Below are positions 35,147 through 42,108 of a stretch of DNA of 44,033 nucleotides, one piece after another. Position 1 is the first letter of the stretch. Each line of letters starts with the position of its first letter. The notes below the pieces were generated by a model. It saw nothing but the letters and a program-made list of their open reading frames with translations, did not search any database and had not been told where the DNA came from. Source of the DNA: a virus; the IMG/VR virus record IMGVR_UViG_3300049198_000011, positions 1-44,033 of that record, one strand, 5' to 3'. The position numbers and the translations under genes were made by a program.

Positions 35147-35274
35147 ACCGCCTGTATATGTGCTATCGCTGCCGAGGCCACAAGTGCAGCAAATCTTACA
35201 CAGCGGACCAATTGCCGCTCTGGTGGTGTCGGTGGTGTGTTGAGTGTGTTAATAAACCTATTGGGAGGATATGA
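35143..35274 (+). CDS. 43-aa Cys-rich peptide, mini zinc-ribbon-like
   Basis: MNRLYMCYRCRGHKCSKSYTADQLPLWWCRWCVECVNKPIGRI: CxxC ... CxxC plus 2 further Cys. Coupled to both neighbours. Confidence 0.45.
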   Translation: MNRLYMCYRCRGHKCSKSYTADQLPLWWCRWCVECVNKPIGRI

Positions 35275-35275
35275 G

Positions 35276-35494
35276 ATGAAAACAAAAGCAACAATAATTG
35301 CAGCAATCGCCCTTATTGCTGGCTGCGAGCGAGTCACAGAATACAAGTGCAGCGCTGAGCAGGTTGAAAAAGCTAAGGCGCAATTTGAATGGTGCACGAC
35401 TGGCACACCAGACCTGACAAGGAGGTGCCGGAAAGAAGCGACGGCAGCCCATTGCGAAATCGTGCGAGAATTTAACCGGGCGGAGATTAAATAA
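35276..35494 (+). CDS. Small secreted lipoprotein, 72 aa
   Basis: gggaggatatgagATG. Signal peptide MKTKATIIAAIALIAG|C with lipobox IAGC. The mature part has 4 further Cys. Confidence 0.6.
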   Translation: MKTKATIIAAIALIAGCERVTEYKCSAEQVEKAKAQFEWCTTGTPDLTRRCRKEATAAHCEIVREFNRAEIK

Positions 35495-35538
35495 AATGGA
35501 AATAGATTGGTCGAAAGCGCCTGAAGGGGCGGAGTTTT

Positions 35539-36051
35539 ATGCAAATGGTAATTTCAGAAAAAAAGGTTGATGCTGGGTGTCCTTATAAGTGGAATCTTCT
35601 TAAATGGGTTCGCGGGCAATGGACTACTCAAGAGTGTAAGGGGTGCTTAGATTATTCAGAGCGACCAACCATTTCGGCGACATCAACAAAATGGCCAAAC
35701 GACGATAGAATCAACGCAATAGCGCAGAACGGAGGTGATGGATTGCATTACGACGAACAAAGAGAAGCGGAAGAAAAGAAAAAGGCGGTGCGTGAGATTG
35801 AAGCGCGTGAACGCCAGATAAACACGAAATACGACCGCACCATCATTGGCAAGTACGGCAGCGGAAAATGCGTTATAGACGTTTATAGGGTGCTTAATGC
35901 GTTTCCGACCAGCTCGCCTGAGATTGACCACAGCGTGAAGAAATTACTTGCTGCTGGCAAGCGTGGCGCTAAGGATGAGCTGCAAGACTTGCGGGAGGCG
36001 ATTCAGAGTATTGAGGCACGGATTAGTTACTTGAACGACACACCCGCTTAG
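35539..36051 (+). CDS. Hypothetical 170-aa protein (C-terminal region reminiscent of DUF3310)
   Basis: VIDVYRVLNAF...HSVKKLLAAGKRGAKDELQDLREAIQSIEARI. The start is ambiguous (see the A7 finding). Confidence 0.5.
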   Translation: MQMVISEKKVDAGCPYKWNLLKWVRGQWTTQECKGCLDYSERPTISATSTKWPNDDRINAIAQNGGDGLHYDEQREAEEKKKAVREIEARERQINTKYDRTIIGKYGSGKCVIDVYRVLNAFPTSSPEIDHSVKKLLAAGKRGAKDELQDLREAIQSIEARISYLNDTPA

Positions 36052-36066
36052 GCGGGTTTTCCTTTT
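36042..36066 (+). terminator. Rho-independent terminator
   Basis: acccgc-ttag-gcgggt followed by ttttcctttt; the stop codon lies in the loop. Confidence 0.7.
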
Positions 36067-36100
36067 CTGGTCTTACCAGAAATTATTTTGATGAAATAGC

Positions 36101-36129
36101 TTGCAACCTTGGTTGCTTGAAACTATAGT
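36101..36129 (+). promoter_or_regulatory. Strong sigma70-type promoter with an inverted repeat over the -35
   Basis: TTGCAA-17 nt-TATAGT. GCAACC-tt-GGTTGC lies at 36103-36116. GTTGCTT is repeated at 36112 and 36128. Confidence 0.65.
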
Positions 36130-36167
36130 TGCTTTATCGAAACGCAATAACTGGAAGGAAATCGAAA

Positions 36168-36422
36168 ATGAAGCTTAGCTGGAAAGATGGTAAATACGGA
36201 GCTATAAACGGACTATCTGGAGACGTTCCATTGTTCACCATAACAAAGGGCGTCACTTCGCGTCAGCGGCCTGAGGAAGAAAAGTACGAGCTGCATTGCT
36301 CATTGCCAAGCTATAAGTCGTTTTTTGGTTACTTTGCTGATACCGGGTCGGCAAAGTTGAGGGCTGCGCAAATTATGTCAGCATGGATTAAAAAAGCAGG
36401 TTTAACTGGAGTTACAGAATGA
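36168..36422 (+). CDS. Hypothetical 84-aa protein, first gene of the promoter-36101 unit
   Basis: Start trimmed to MKLSWKDGKYG (ggaaggaaatcgaaaATG). Confidence 0.55.
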   Translation: MKLSWKDGKYGAINGLSGDVPLFTITKGVTSRQRPEEEKYELHCSLPSYKSFFGYFADTGSAKLRAAQIMSAWIKKAGLTGVTE

Positions 36423-36760
36423 AAACAAAAGAAATAGCCAGCGCATACAAAATCAGCGTTCAGGCGGTAAACAAATGGCAACCAACAAAACGCCAACAAG
36501 CCATCCGCCTACTAAGCGCAGGAGTCAATCCGCAGATTATGGAGCTTGCCGGAGAAGTGCAGCGGCTTTGTTATGCGGCGTCGTTTTTTGTTGGTCGGGC
36601 GGTGAAGCTTGACCTTTACACTTGCGAAGATGGTGGGCACTTCAACATTTACCACTGCTCAGCAGACGACCTAATCGAAGTGCAGTCGCGCTGCGAGCTG
36701 ACAGAGCAAAACCTTACCCGCGCAATTGCTGCGCTGAATTTAATCATCGAAAAATACTAG
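36419..36760 (+). CDS. HTH-containing protein, 113 aa
   Basis: The N-terminal [17 protein letters not shown] is HTH-like. ATGA overlap with the upstream gene. Confidence 0.5.
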   Translation: MKTKEIASAYKISVQAVNKWQPTKRQQAIRLLSAGVNPQIMELAGEVQRLCYAASFFVGRAVKLDLYTCEDGGHFNIYHCSADDLIEVQSRCELTEQNLTRAIAALNLIIEKY

Positions 36761-36768
36761 GAATAAAA

Positions 36769-37332
36769 ATGAAAATTGAAATAAAAAACAGATTTACTGG
36801 CTCAGTTATTTTTAGTAATGAGCAAGAAGGTAACTCAACTTTAATTACTTTGAAGCTGGCAATCAGCAGCGGCGCTGACCTGTCCCGAGCTGACCTGTCC
36901 GGCGCTGACCTGTACGGCGCTGACCTGTCCCGAGCTGACCTGTCCGGCGCTGACCTGTCCGGCGCTGACCTGTCCGGCGCTAACCTGTCCCGAGCTAACC
37001 TGTCCCGAGCTAACCTGTACGGCGCTGACCTGTCCGGCGCTGACCTGTCCGGCGCTAACCTGTCCCGAGCTAACCTGTCCTGCGCTAACCTGTACGGCGC
37101 TAACCTGTACGGCGAAAAACTTACAAAAACACCTTTGTTTATTTTAAATCTTGAGTGGGATGTAACTATAACAACACAGCACTTACGCATCGGCTGCCAA
37201 GTGCATCTTATTTCTGAGTGGCGGTCATTCGATGATGTCGCGATCGAAAAAATGGCAAGCTCAGCAACTAAGTTCTGGACTAAATACAAAACAGCAATCA
37301 TCGCCCTGTGCGACGCGCACTGTGCAGATTAA
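36769..37332 (+). CDS. Pentapeptide-repeat protein, 187 aa (16 consecutive A(D/N)L(S/Y)(R/G/C) units)
   Basis: Start trimmed to MKIEIKNRF (aggaataaaaATG). [15 protein letters not shown] ... ANLYG fits the A(D/N)LXX consensus, flanked by unique ~35-aa N-terminal and ~70-aa C-terminal regions. Confidence 0.85.
   Translation: MKIEIKNRFTGSVIFSNEQEGNSTLITLKLAISSGADLSRADLSGADLYGADLSRADLSGADLSGADLSGANLSRANLSRANLYGADLSGADLSGANLSRANLSCANLYGANLYGEKLTKTPLFILNLEWDVTITTQHLRIGCQVHLISEWRSFDDVAIEKMASSATKFWTKYKTAIIALCDAHCAD
36874..37113 (+). repeat. 16 tandem copies of a 15-bp unit gct-(g/a)ac-ctg-t(c/a)c-(cga/ggc/tgc)
   Basis: Read directly: identical codons in every unit for A, L and S, with variation only at 3 defined positions. 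Confidence 0.95.
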
Positions 37333-37372
37333 CAACTAGCCGGTTCAGCAGTACGGCACCAACGAGGTGCAT

Positions 37373-37534
37373 ATGGACTTTAAACCTTTAATCGACGTTA
37401 GCAAGATTCCAGATCGGAGAGCGAACATGAATAAAGAAACTAAATCAGCCTTTGAGGGCTTAGTGTGGGCTGCGGTAACTTGCCTGATGTTTTTTGTTGT
37501 TATTGCTATGAGTGTGGGAGTGCTGGAGAAATGA
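37373..37534 (+). CDS. 53-aa single-pass membrane peptide
   Basis: gaggtgcatATG. TM segment GLVWAAVTCLMFFVVIAMSVGVL. ATGA overlap with the next ORF. Confidence 0.5.
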   Translation: MDFKPLIDVSKIPDRRANMNKETKSAFEGLVWAAVTCLMFFVVIAMSVGVLEK

Positions 37535-37755
37535 GCTGGCTATTACCCGCAAGGTCGATGATTATCCAATCCGAGACAAAACTGCAACTGCACCATGCGA
37601 CTGAATGGGTTTGCGAGCAATCACGGTTTCGCTTCGATAGTCAGATGACGTATGCAGAAAACGCAGAGTTGGCGCTCAGACAGGAAAAGCGCAACGTGGC
37701 AGAGATATTTGAACTGGCGCAGAAGCGCGCTGATATGTTGGAGCGGATGGTATGA
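37531..37755 (+). CDS. Hypothetical 74-aa protein
   Basis: Start trimmed to MSWLLPARS, coupled to the upstream stop. Confidence 0.5.
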   Translation: MSWLLPARSMIIQSETKLQLHHATEWVCEQSRFRFDSQMTYAENAELALRQEKRNVAEIFELAQKRADMLERMV

Positions 37756-37937
37756 ACATACACCAACACCTGCAAAGCGCCATAGAGTCATACACTCTAA
37801 CGCACATGCGCCTACCAACAGTGCTACGCTGTAGTTACGATGTGCGCGCAGAGCTTGAGCGCAACAACGCGCTGCCGGATAACATGGAAATCCAACACGT
37901 TGACGATGCGGCTTATTCTGTATTGAGGGTGTTGTGA
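37752..37937 (+). CDS. Hypothetical 61-aa protein
   Basis: ATGA-coupled ORF. Confidence 0.5.
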   Translation: MNIHQHLQSAIESYTLTHMRLPTVLRCSYDVRAELERNNALPDNMEIQHVDDAAYSVLRVL

Positions 37938-38122
37938 TGATCAACCCAAACGCAGTATTCGACATCAAGCCAACATACAAGCCAAAGCCTGTGTTGATTC
38001 GTATTAGAAAAACGCAAGAAAAGGTGGCAGCAAGACCTTGTGCAAACGGCTTTGCCTTGGTGGATGGCAGCTTTGTGCATCATTCAGCGGCGAAGTTAAT
38101 TAAGATAATGGAGGAAGCATGA
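37934..38122 (+). CDS. Hypothetical 62-aa protein
   Basis: GTGATG start region overlapping the upstream stop. Confidence 0.45.
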   Translation: MMINPNAVFDIKPTYKPKPVLIRIRKTQEKVAARPCANGFALVDGSFVHHSAAKLIKIMEEA

Positions 38123-38229
38123 GCAACATAATCGGCCTGCTGTTATTCGTCGCGCTAATCGCCGCCATTATCGGTGTGGCGCAGTTAATTTCACAACTGG
38201 AGCATAACTCAAATGATGAACCACATTAA
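38119..38229 (+). CDS. 36-aa single-pass membrane peptide MSNIIGLLLFVALIAAIIGVAQLI...
   Basis: ggaggaagcATG; ATGA overlap. Confidence 0.45.
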   Translation: MSNIIGLLLFVALIAAIIGVAQLISQLEHNSNDEPH

Positions 38230-38350
38230 AGCTTCGTATTGGCTAAGCAGAAAGCAACAGCGCAAGGCTCAGCGCGATTATATCGCGCGCCAATACGCCA
38301 AGTGGGTTTTTCCAATTGCGTTGGTTGTGGGGGCGCTATGGCTGCTGTAG
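38213..38350 (+). CDS. 45-aa basic peptide with a C-terminal TM segment
   Basis: MMNHIKASYWLSRKQQRKAQRDYIARQYAKWVFPIALVVGALWLL; ggagcataactcaaATG. Confidence 0.4.
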   Translation: MMNHIKASYWLSRKQQRKAQRDYIARQYAKWVFPIALVVGALWLL

Positions 38351-38757
38351 AGCTAAACCATGAGTCACTAAGCTTTAAGACTTACAGCGCCCGAGTGCAA
38401 GCAAACCGCGAAGCTAGAATGATGCTGGAAATTAAGGAGCTCAAAAAGCGCATAAAGCATCAGCAGTCAATCATTGATAGGTTTGTGGCAGCTGGCACAA
38501 GTCTTGGTAAGAAGCCAGAGGGAAAATCAGCTGAATACAGAAAGCAGCTTGCACAAAGAAAGGCGCTCAAAGCTGAGGCGCTTGAAAGCTGCGCTGAACT
38601 CATGCTGTCAGACATGCCGCGAAGCTCAAAGATGGTGCTAATGCTGGATGCTGGGTGCGGCTATTCAGACATAGCAAGGGCGCTTGATTATACGCAAGCA
38701 TACGTCAGAAACTATGCCCACCTGAATGGGCTTACAATCAACCGGAATAAGAAATGA
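38338..38757 (+). CDS. Coiled-coil protein with C-terminal HTH, 139 aa
   Basis: Start trimmed to MAAVELNHE. C-terminal GYSDIARALDYTQAYVRNYAHLNG. Confidence 0.5.
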   Translation: MAAVELNHESLSFKTYSARVQANREARMMLEIKELKKRIKHQQSIIDRFVAAGTSLGKKPEGKSAEYRKQLAQRKALKAEALESCAELMLSDMPRSSKMVLMLDAGCGYSDIARALDYTQAYVRNYAHLNGLTINRNKK

Positions 38758-39197
38758 ATCAATATCAAAACGACGACCACAGACTAATTTGCGCCCTGTC
38801 GCCGGATTTAACACCAAGACAAATCGGGCGGAAGTTCAGTATTACGCCCGACGAAGTGCGTGAAATATGCAACAGATACGGCGTGCCAACCCGTGACGGC
38901 AGAAACTACGACGCATCAATCGCCGGTGCGGTTCGGGATGCAATAAAAAGCAACCCAACGCTGATGCCAAGACAAATCGCCGAAAAGATTGGCTGCACAC
39001 CCGAGTACGTGCGAAAAGTCAGGCAAGCCATGGGTGAGAAAAAAGCCCGGGTGTGCTTAGTGCCTGAAGATAGGATGCGCTCAGTCGTCGCAATGGTCAG
39101 CCACTTAAACAGTGGCGGCACGACAATCAAGGAGGCGTCTATTTGCGCCAAAGTATCACCTGCCACCTACGCAAGATATAAAAAAGCCCTCGGTTGA
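38754..39197 (+). CDS. Protein with three tandem HTH-like modules, 147 aa (candidate transcription regulator)
   Basis: LTPRQIGRKFSITPDEVREICNRYG / LMPRQIAEKIGCTPEYVRKVRQAMG / TTIKEASICAKVSPATYARYKKALG. Confidence 0.5.
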   Translation: MNQYQNDDHRLICALSPDLTPRQIGRKFSITPDEVREICNRYGVPTRDGRNYDASIAGAVRDAIKSNPTLMPRQIAEKIGCTPEYVRKVRQAMGEKKARVCLVPEDRMRSVVAMVSHLNSGGTTIKEASICAKVSPATYARYKKALG

Positions 39198-39203
39198 GGG
39201 CTT
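39184..39203. terminator. Convergent terminator hairpin shared by the early-right and late operons
   Basis: aagccctc-ggtt-gagggctt contains both stop codons. The T-run is only on the minus-strand side. The stem is the same as in the 13738-13759 hairpin. Confidence 0.65.
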
Positions 39204-39498
39204 AGCATTCGTCCGTAACAGTTAGCCTGACAGCTTGGCAATCGCTTCTGTCAGCGGTCTGATAAGTAAACTCAATATCATAAACGCCAACCGCAGCAGC
39301 CCCCGATAGAATGCAGGTTAGATGATTGACGCCGTCAATAGGCGCAACCACCTTACCCGAAGCCACAAGACCACTGCCAGCAGGCGTTACAACATCAAAA
39401 GACACCAGCGCGTCACCATACAGCCATGAATTAACATCAATGCCGTACCTGTCGGCTTTGCCAATTTTAAGCGCTTTTTGAAACGCCAGCTTGGACAT
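39202..39498 (-). CDS. Fibre-tail adaptor-like protein, 98 aa
   Basis: The pattern IDVNSWLYGDALVSFDV...SGAAAVGVYDIEFTYQTADRSDCQAVRLTV resembles the small Ig-like phage fibre-tail adaptor family. Confidence 0.4.
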   Translation of the reverse strand: MSKLAFQKALKIGKADRYGIDVNSWLYGDALVSFDVVTPAGSGLVASGKVVAPIDGVNHLTCILSGAAAVGVYDIEFTYQTADRSDCQAVRLTVTDEC

Positions 39499-39499
39499 A

Positions 39500-39877
39500 T
39501 TAGCCAGCCGTTTGTGTTAATGTCAGAGATGTGATCTGACTTGTGCCGCCAGCAACATAACTGGTATTGGTCACAATCACCTCAGCGCCAGAGCCCGACA
39601 AGCCAAGCGTTAACTGATTTGTTTGCGTTCCGTTACTGATTCTCGCATAAGTGGCAGTGCCGGTCGCGTCGATAGTGTCGTTTGCAATCGCATTAGCGAC
39701 AACAGAGCCAGCAGACACAGCAGCAAAACCAGCAAGCGTGTGCGTAGCTAAGGCAGTGCCAGCGGCATCGTTTGCAGTGGCAGGCACAGCGCCGGAATAA
39801 ATAACCAGCGTTGATGTTGCGTGGTCAGTTGCCATTTTTGTAGCTTGGCTATTTTGTGAAGCGGTATTAAGTTTCAT
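39500..39877 (-). CDS. Hypothetical late protein, 125 aa, Ala/Thr/Gly-rich
   Basis: RBS aagaggttacacgcATG; tightly packed in the late string. Confidence 0.5.
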   Translation of the reverse strand: MKLNTASQNSQATKMATDHATSTLVIYSGAVPATANDAAGTALATHTLAGFAAVSAGSVVANAIANDTIDATGTATYARISNGTQTNQLTLGLSGSGAEVIVTNTSYVAGGTSQITSLTLTQTAG

Positions 39878-39905
39878 GCGTGTAACCTCTTAATTTTTGA
39901 TTAGT

Positions 39906-40673
39906 TTAAACCGTTATTGCCGGAAGCGCCACAAACCTGCTAGGAGACTGAAGCGAAACGCGATTACCTGGCGGGATATTTATAACAAGCTGACCGTTAA
40001 TCACGATAGCACTCGCCGTCACAGCTGGAATGCCTGCTGATACTGTGGTGATGTAATTCGGCAACGTGCGAGCAGCAACGACTGACGCAACAGCAGCCGG
40101 AATGCCACCGATAACACTAGCCGCATTGCCGCTAACAGGCGTCGAAGCACTTGCCGCCGCAATGATGGCAGGAATGCCGCCCGACACAGTAGCCGAAAAC
40201 ACCGGCACAGATGACGAAGCAACCACGACTGCAGACGCTGCAGGAATACCGGCACTGATGTTTGCTGCATTACTGCCGGTAACTATCGCTGCACCAACCG
40301 CCGCAGTAACCGATGGAATGCCCCCAGTTACAGCCGTCTCCCATGTACCAGTCACTAGCGTTACAGTGTAATCACCATAACTAGCGCCATTGCCGAGCAG
40401 CTCATAAACTATATATTCCAGACCGTCCGGCCCAGTGTATGTGAATGAGCTGTCCTCGTTTAGATTGGTAACGCCATTGGTCGGAAACGACTTAATCAGC
40501 GCCCTTAGCTCGTCAGTTGGCTGAAAGTTGTGCTCTGCAATATCGTTATACAAAAACGCCGGACCACTATCACCAGTAGCCGGTATGTTTTGCGCTTGGA
40601 CGCCGTGGCCAGCGTAGTGACTAACTACGCAAGCCCCAGTAATTAACTGATTACTGTCAACTCTCATTGTCAT
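39906..40673 (-). CDS. Late protein with five exact 24-residue G-I-P-(S/A) repeats, 255 aa
   Basis: GGIPSVTAAV / AGIPAASAVV / GGIPAIIAAA / GGIPAAVASV / AGIPAVTASA. ggaat(g/a)cc recurs at 40027, 40099, 40171, 40243 and 40315, exactly 72 bp apart. Confidence 0.6.
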   Translation of the reverse strand: MTMRVDSNQLITGACVVSHYAGHGVQAQNIPATGDSGPAFLYNDIAEHNFQPTDELRALIKSFPTNGVTNLNEDSSFTYTGPDGLEYIVYELLGNGASYGDYTVTLVTGTWETAVTGGIPSVTAAVGAAIVTGSNAANISAGIPAASAVVVASSSVPVFSATVSGGIPAIIAAASASTPVSGNAASVIGGIPAAVASVVAARTLPNYITTVSAGIPAVTASAIVINGQLVINIPPGNRVSLQSPSRFVALPAITV

Positions 40674-42106
40674 GTTGCAGTTGTCCTATACCAGCCGTAA
40701 GCAGTACCAATTTTAAGGATAATAATGTACTCGGTACCCGTGACGATAGCCGCATCAGAGAATGTGACGCCCGGGCTTGTTCCTGCAGTTGTGGTTAAGC
40801 CGGTTTTGCTCACCACGACAGAGCCAAGACCAACAGGCATAACTGCTGCCGCATCAATCGCGGTTGACGACCATTTCACATTGTTGTTTTGCGCTATGTT
40901 GCTGATGGTAATTGTCCCAACAGCCACGGCGGAAGTCGTGAAGTTAACCGTGGTTACCGCCGCCTGAATGTTTGGCGTCAGCTCGTCATCTTCTGCCACA
41001 AAACAGGCTTTGTAAGCTGTGCCAGCAGTTAAACCAGTAATGCCGTCAGACAGCGCTGTCGTCGCCAGCGCGCTACCGCTATCGGTTGGCGCAGTGCCGG
41101 ATGCGTTTTGTCCCGCCTTAACCTGTGCAACAGATGGCGTAGCGTCAGCCTGCGGAACCACAACATAGTAAATATTACCTGTTTCGTTAATCGTCGCCGT
41201 AGCTGTGCCAGTTGTTTGCGTGATGCCGGTAACTGCTGGCGCAACTGTGAATGCTGGTGGCGTTGTGTCGCCGCCTGCATCAGTCGTAAAGTTAGCCACA
41301 GCAGACCAAGCACCTTGACCAGACGCGTTAACTGCTCTAACTTCAATCGTATAAGCAGTGCTCGCAGTCAATCCGGTTAAATCAACAGGACTCGCAGCAT
41401 CAGCCACAGTAGCGCCACCGTTTAAGCGATATTCAAATCCAGTTTGGTCAGCCGCTGAATACGTGTACGGGATTGTTGCTGTTGTGCTGGTCTTGGTGAT
41501 TGTGCCGATTGTTACTGTGCCAGTTGGGGTTGTACCACCATCACTATACTCTACCCACTCTGAGTTGTCAGCAGGCCATGTGCCAATCTGGTTGAATGGG
41601 CGCGCGCCAACAGTATCGGGCATTTGCGTGCCGGTGCCTGTGGTGTTTTCCCAGTTGTAAGCCAGCACACTATCTTTTTCCAGCTTGATATATTTTAGCT
41701 GTGCTGAAGCGGGCGACACACCTAATAGACTAGCGAACAACCTGTTAAAAATCATTCCGCCACTAAGGGGCTTGGTATCAATTAGAGCACCATCAATACT
41801 TAAGGCGACATTCGCACCGTCGGTGCGAGAAAACTCGAATATTCTAAAATCGGTCGTATTGCTAGGTATAGTGTAAAGTGCTTGAGTACCCGATGATTGC
41901 TTTATCGATAGAGTTGTTGCGGATTGAAATGTAACCGAACTATCATCAACAGTGGATCCGAGTACAATCGGGTTTGCCCCAACACACTTTATGTTTATTG
42001 TTAATTTAAAGTTTTGAGCACTAGCCACAACGCCAAACGGCGTCGGCGTGGCTGGCATTTGCATGTATTTGCCGCCAGCGGCAACATAGTTTAAATAAAA
42101 CGGCAT
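40670..42106 (-). CDS. Late protein with LamG/ConA-like N-terminal region and two FN3-like domains, 478 aa
   Basis: TGFEYRLNGG...LTGLTASTAYTIEVRAVNASGQGAWS and GLTAGTAYKACFVAED are FN3-type patterns. Confidence 0.5.
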   Translation of the reverse strand: MPFYLNYVAAGGKYMQMPATPTPFGVVASAQNFKLTINIKCVGANPIVLGSTVDDSSVTFQSATTLSIKQSSGTQALYTIPSNTTDFRIFEFSRTDGANVALSIDGALIDTKPLSGGMIFNRLFASLLGVSPASAQLKYIKLEKDSVLAYNWENTTGTGTQMPDTVGARPFNQIGTWPADNSEWVEYSDGGTTPTGTVTIGTITKTSTTATIPYTYSAADQTGFEYRLNGGATVADAASPVDLTGLTASTAYTIEVRAVNASGQGAWSAVANFTTDAGGDTTPPAFTVAPAVTGITQTTGTATATINETGNIYYVVVPQADATPSVAQVKAGQNASGTAPTDSGSALATTALSDGITGLTAGTAYKACFVAEDDELTPNIQAAVTTVNFTTSAVAVGTITISNIAQNNNVKWSSTAIDAAAVMPVGLGSVVVSKTGLTTTAGTSPGVTFSDAAIVTGTEYIIILKIGTAYGWYRTTAT

Positions 42107-42108
42107 CG

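Noticed and set aside
35059-35544. 161-aa minus-strand ORF opposite the small plus-strand ORFs
   Set aside because: It runs antisense to three RBS-bearing coupled ORFs, including a clear lipoprotein, and has no RBS or promoter context.
36874-37113. CRISPR array (regular short repeats)
   Set aside because: The units are contiguous 15-bp repeats with no spacers, and they lie in frame inside a coding sequence.
36744-37301. 185-aa minus-strand ORF ([10 protein letters not shown]... repeats) antisense to the pentapeptide-repeat gene
   Set aside because: It is a by-product of the 15-bp periodic repeat, which keeps all frames open. It has no RBS and opposes the operon direction, while the sense frame gives a textbook A(D/N)LXX protein.
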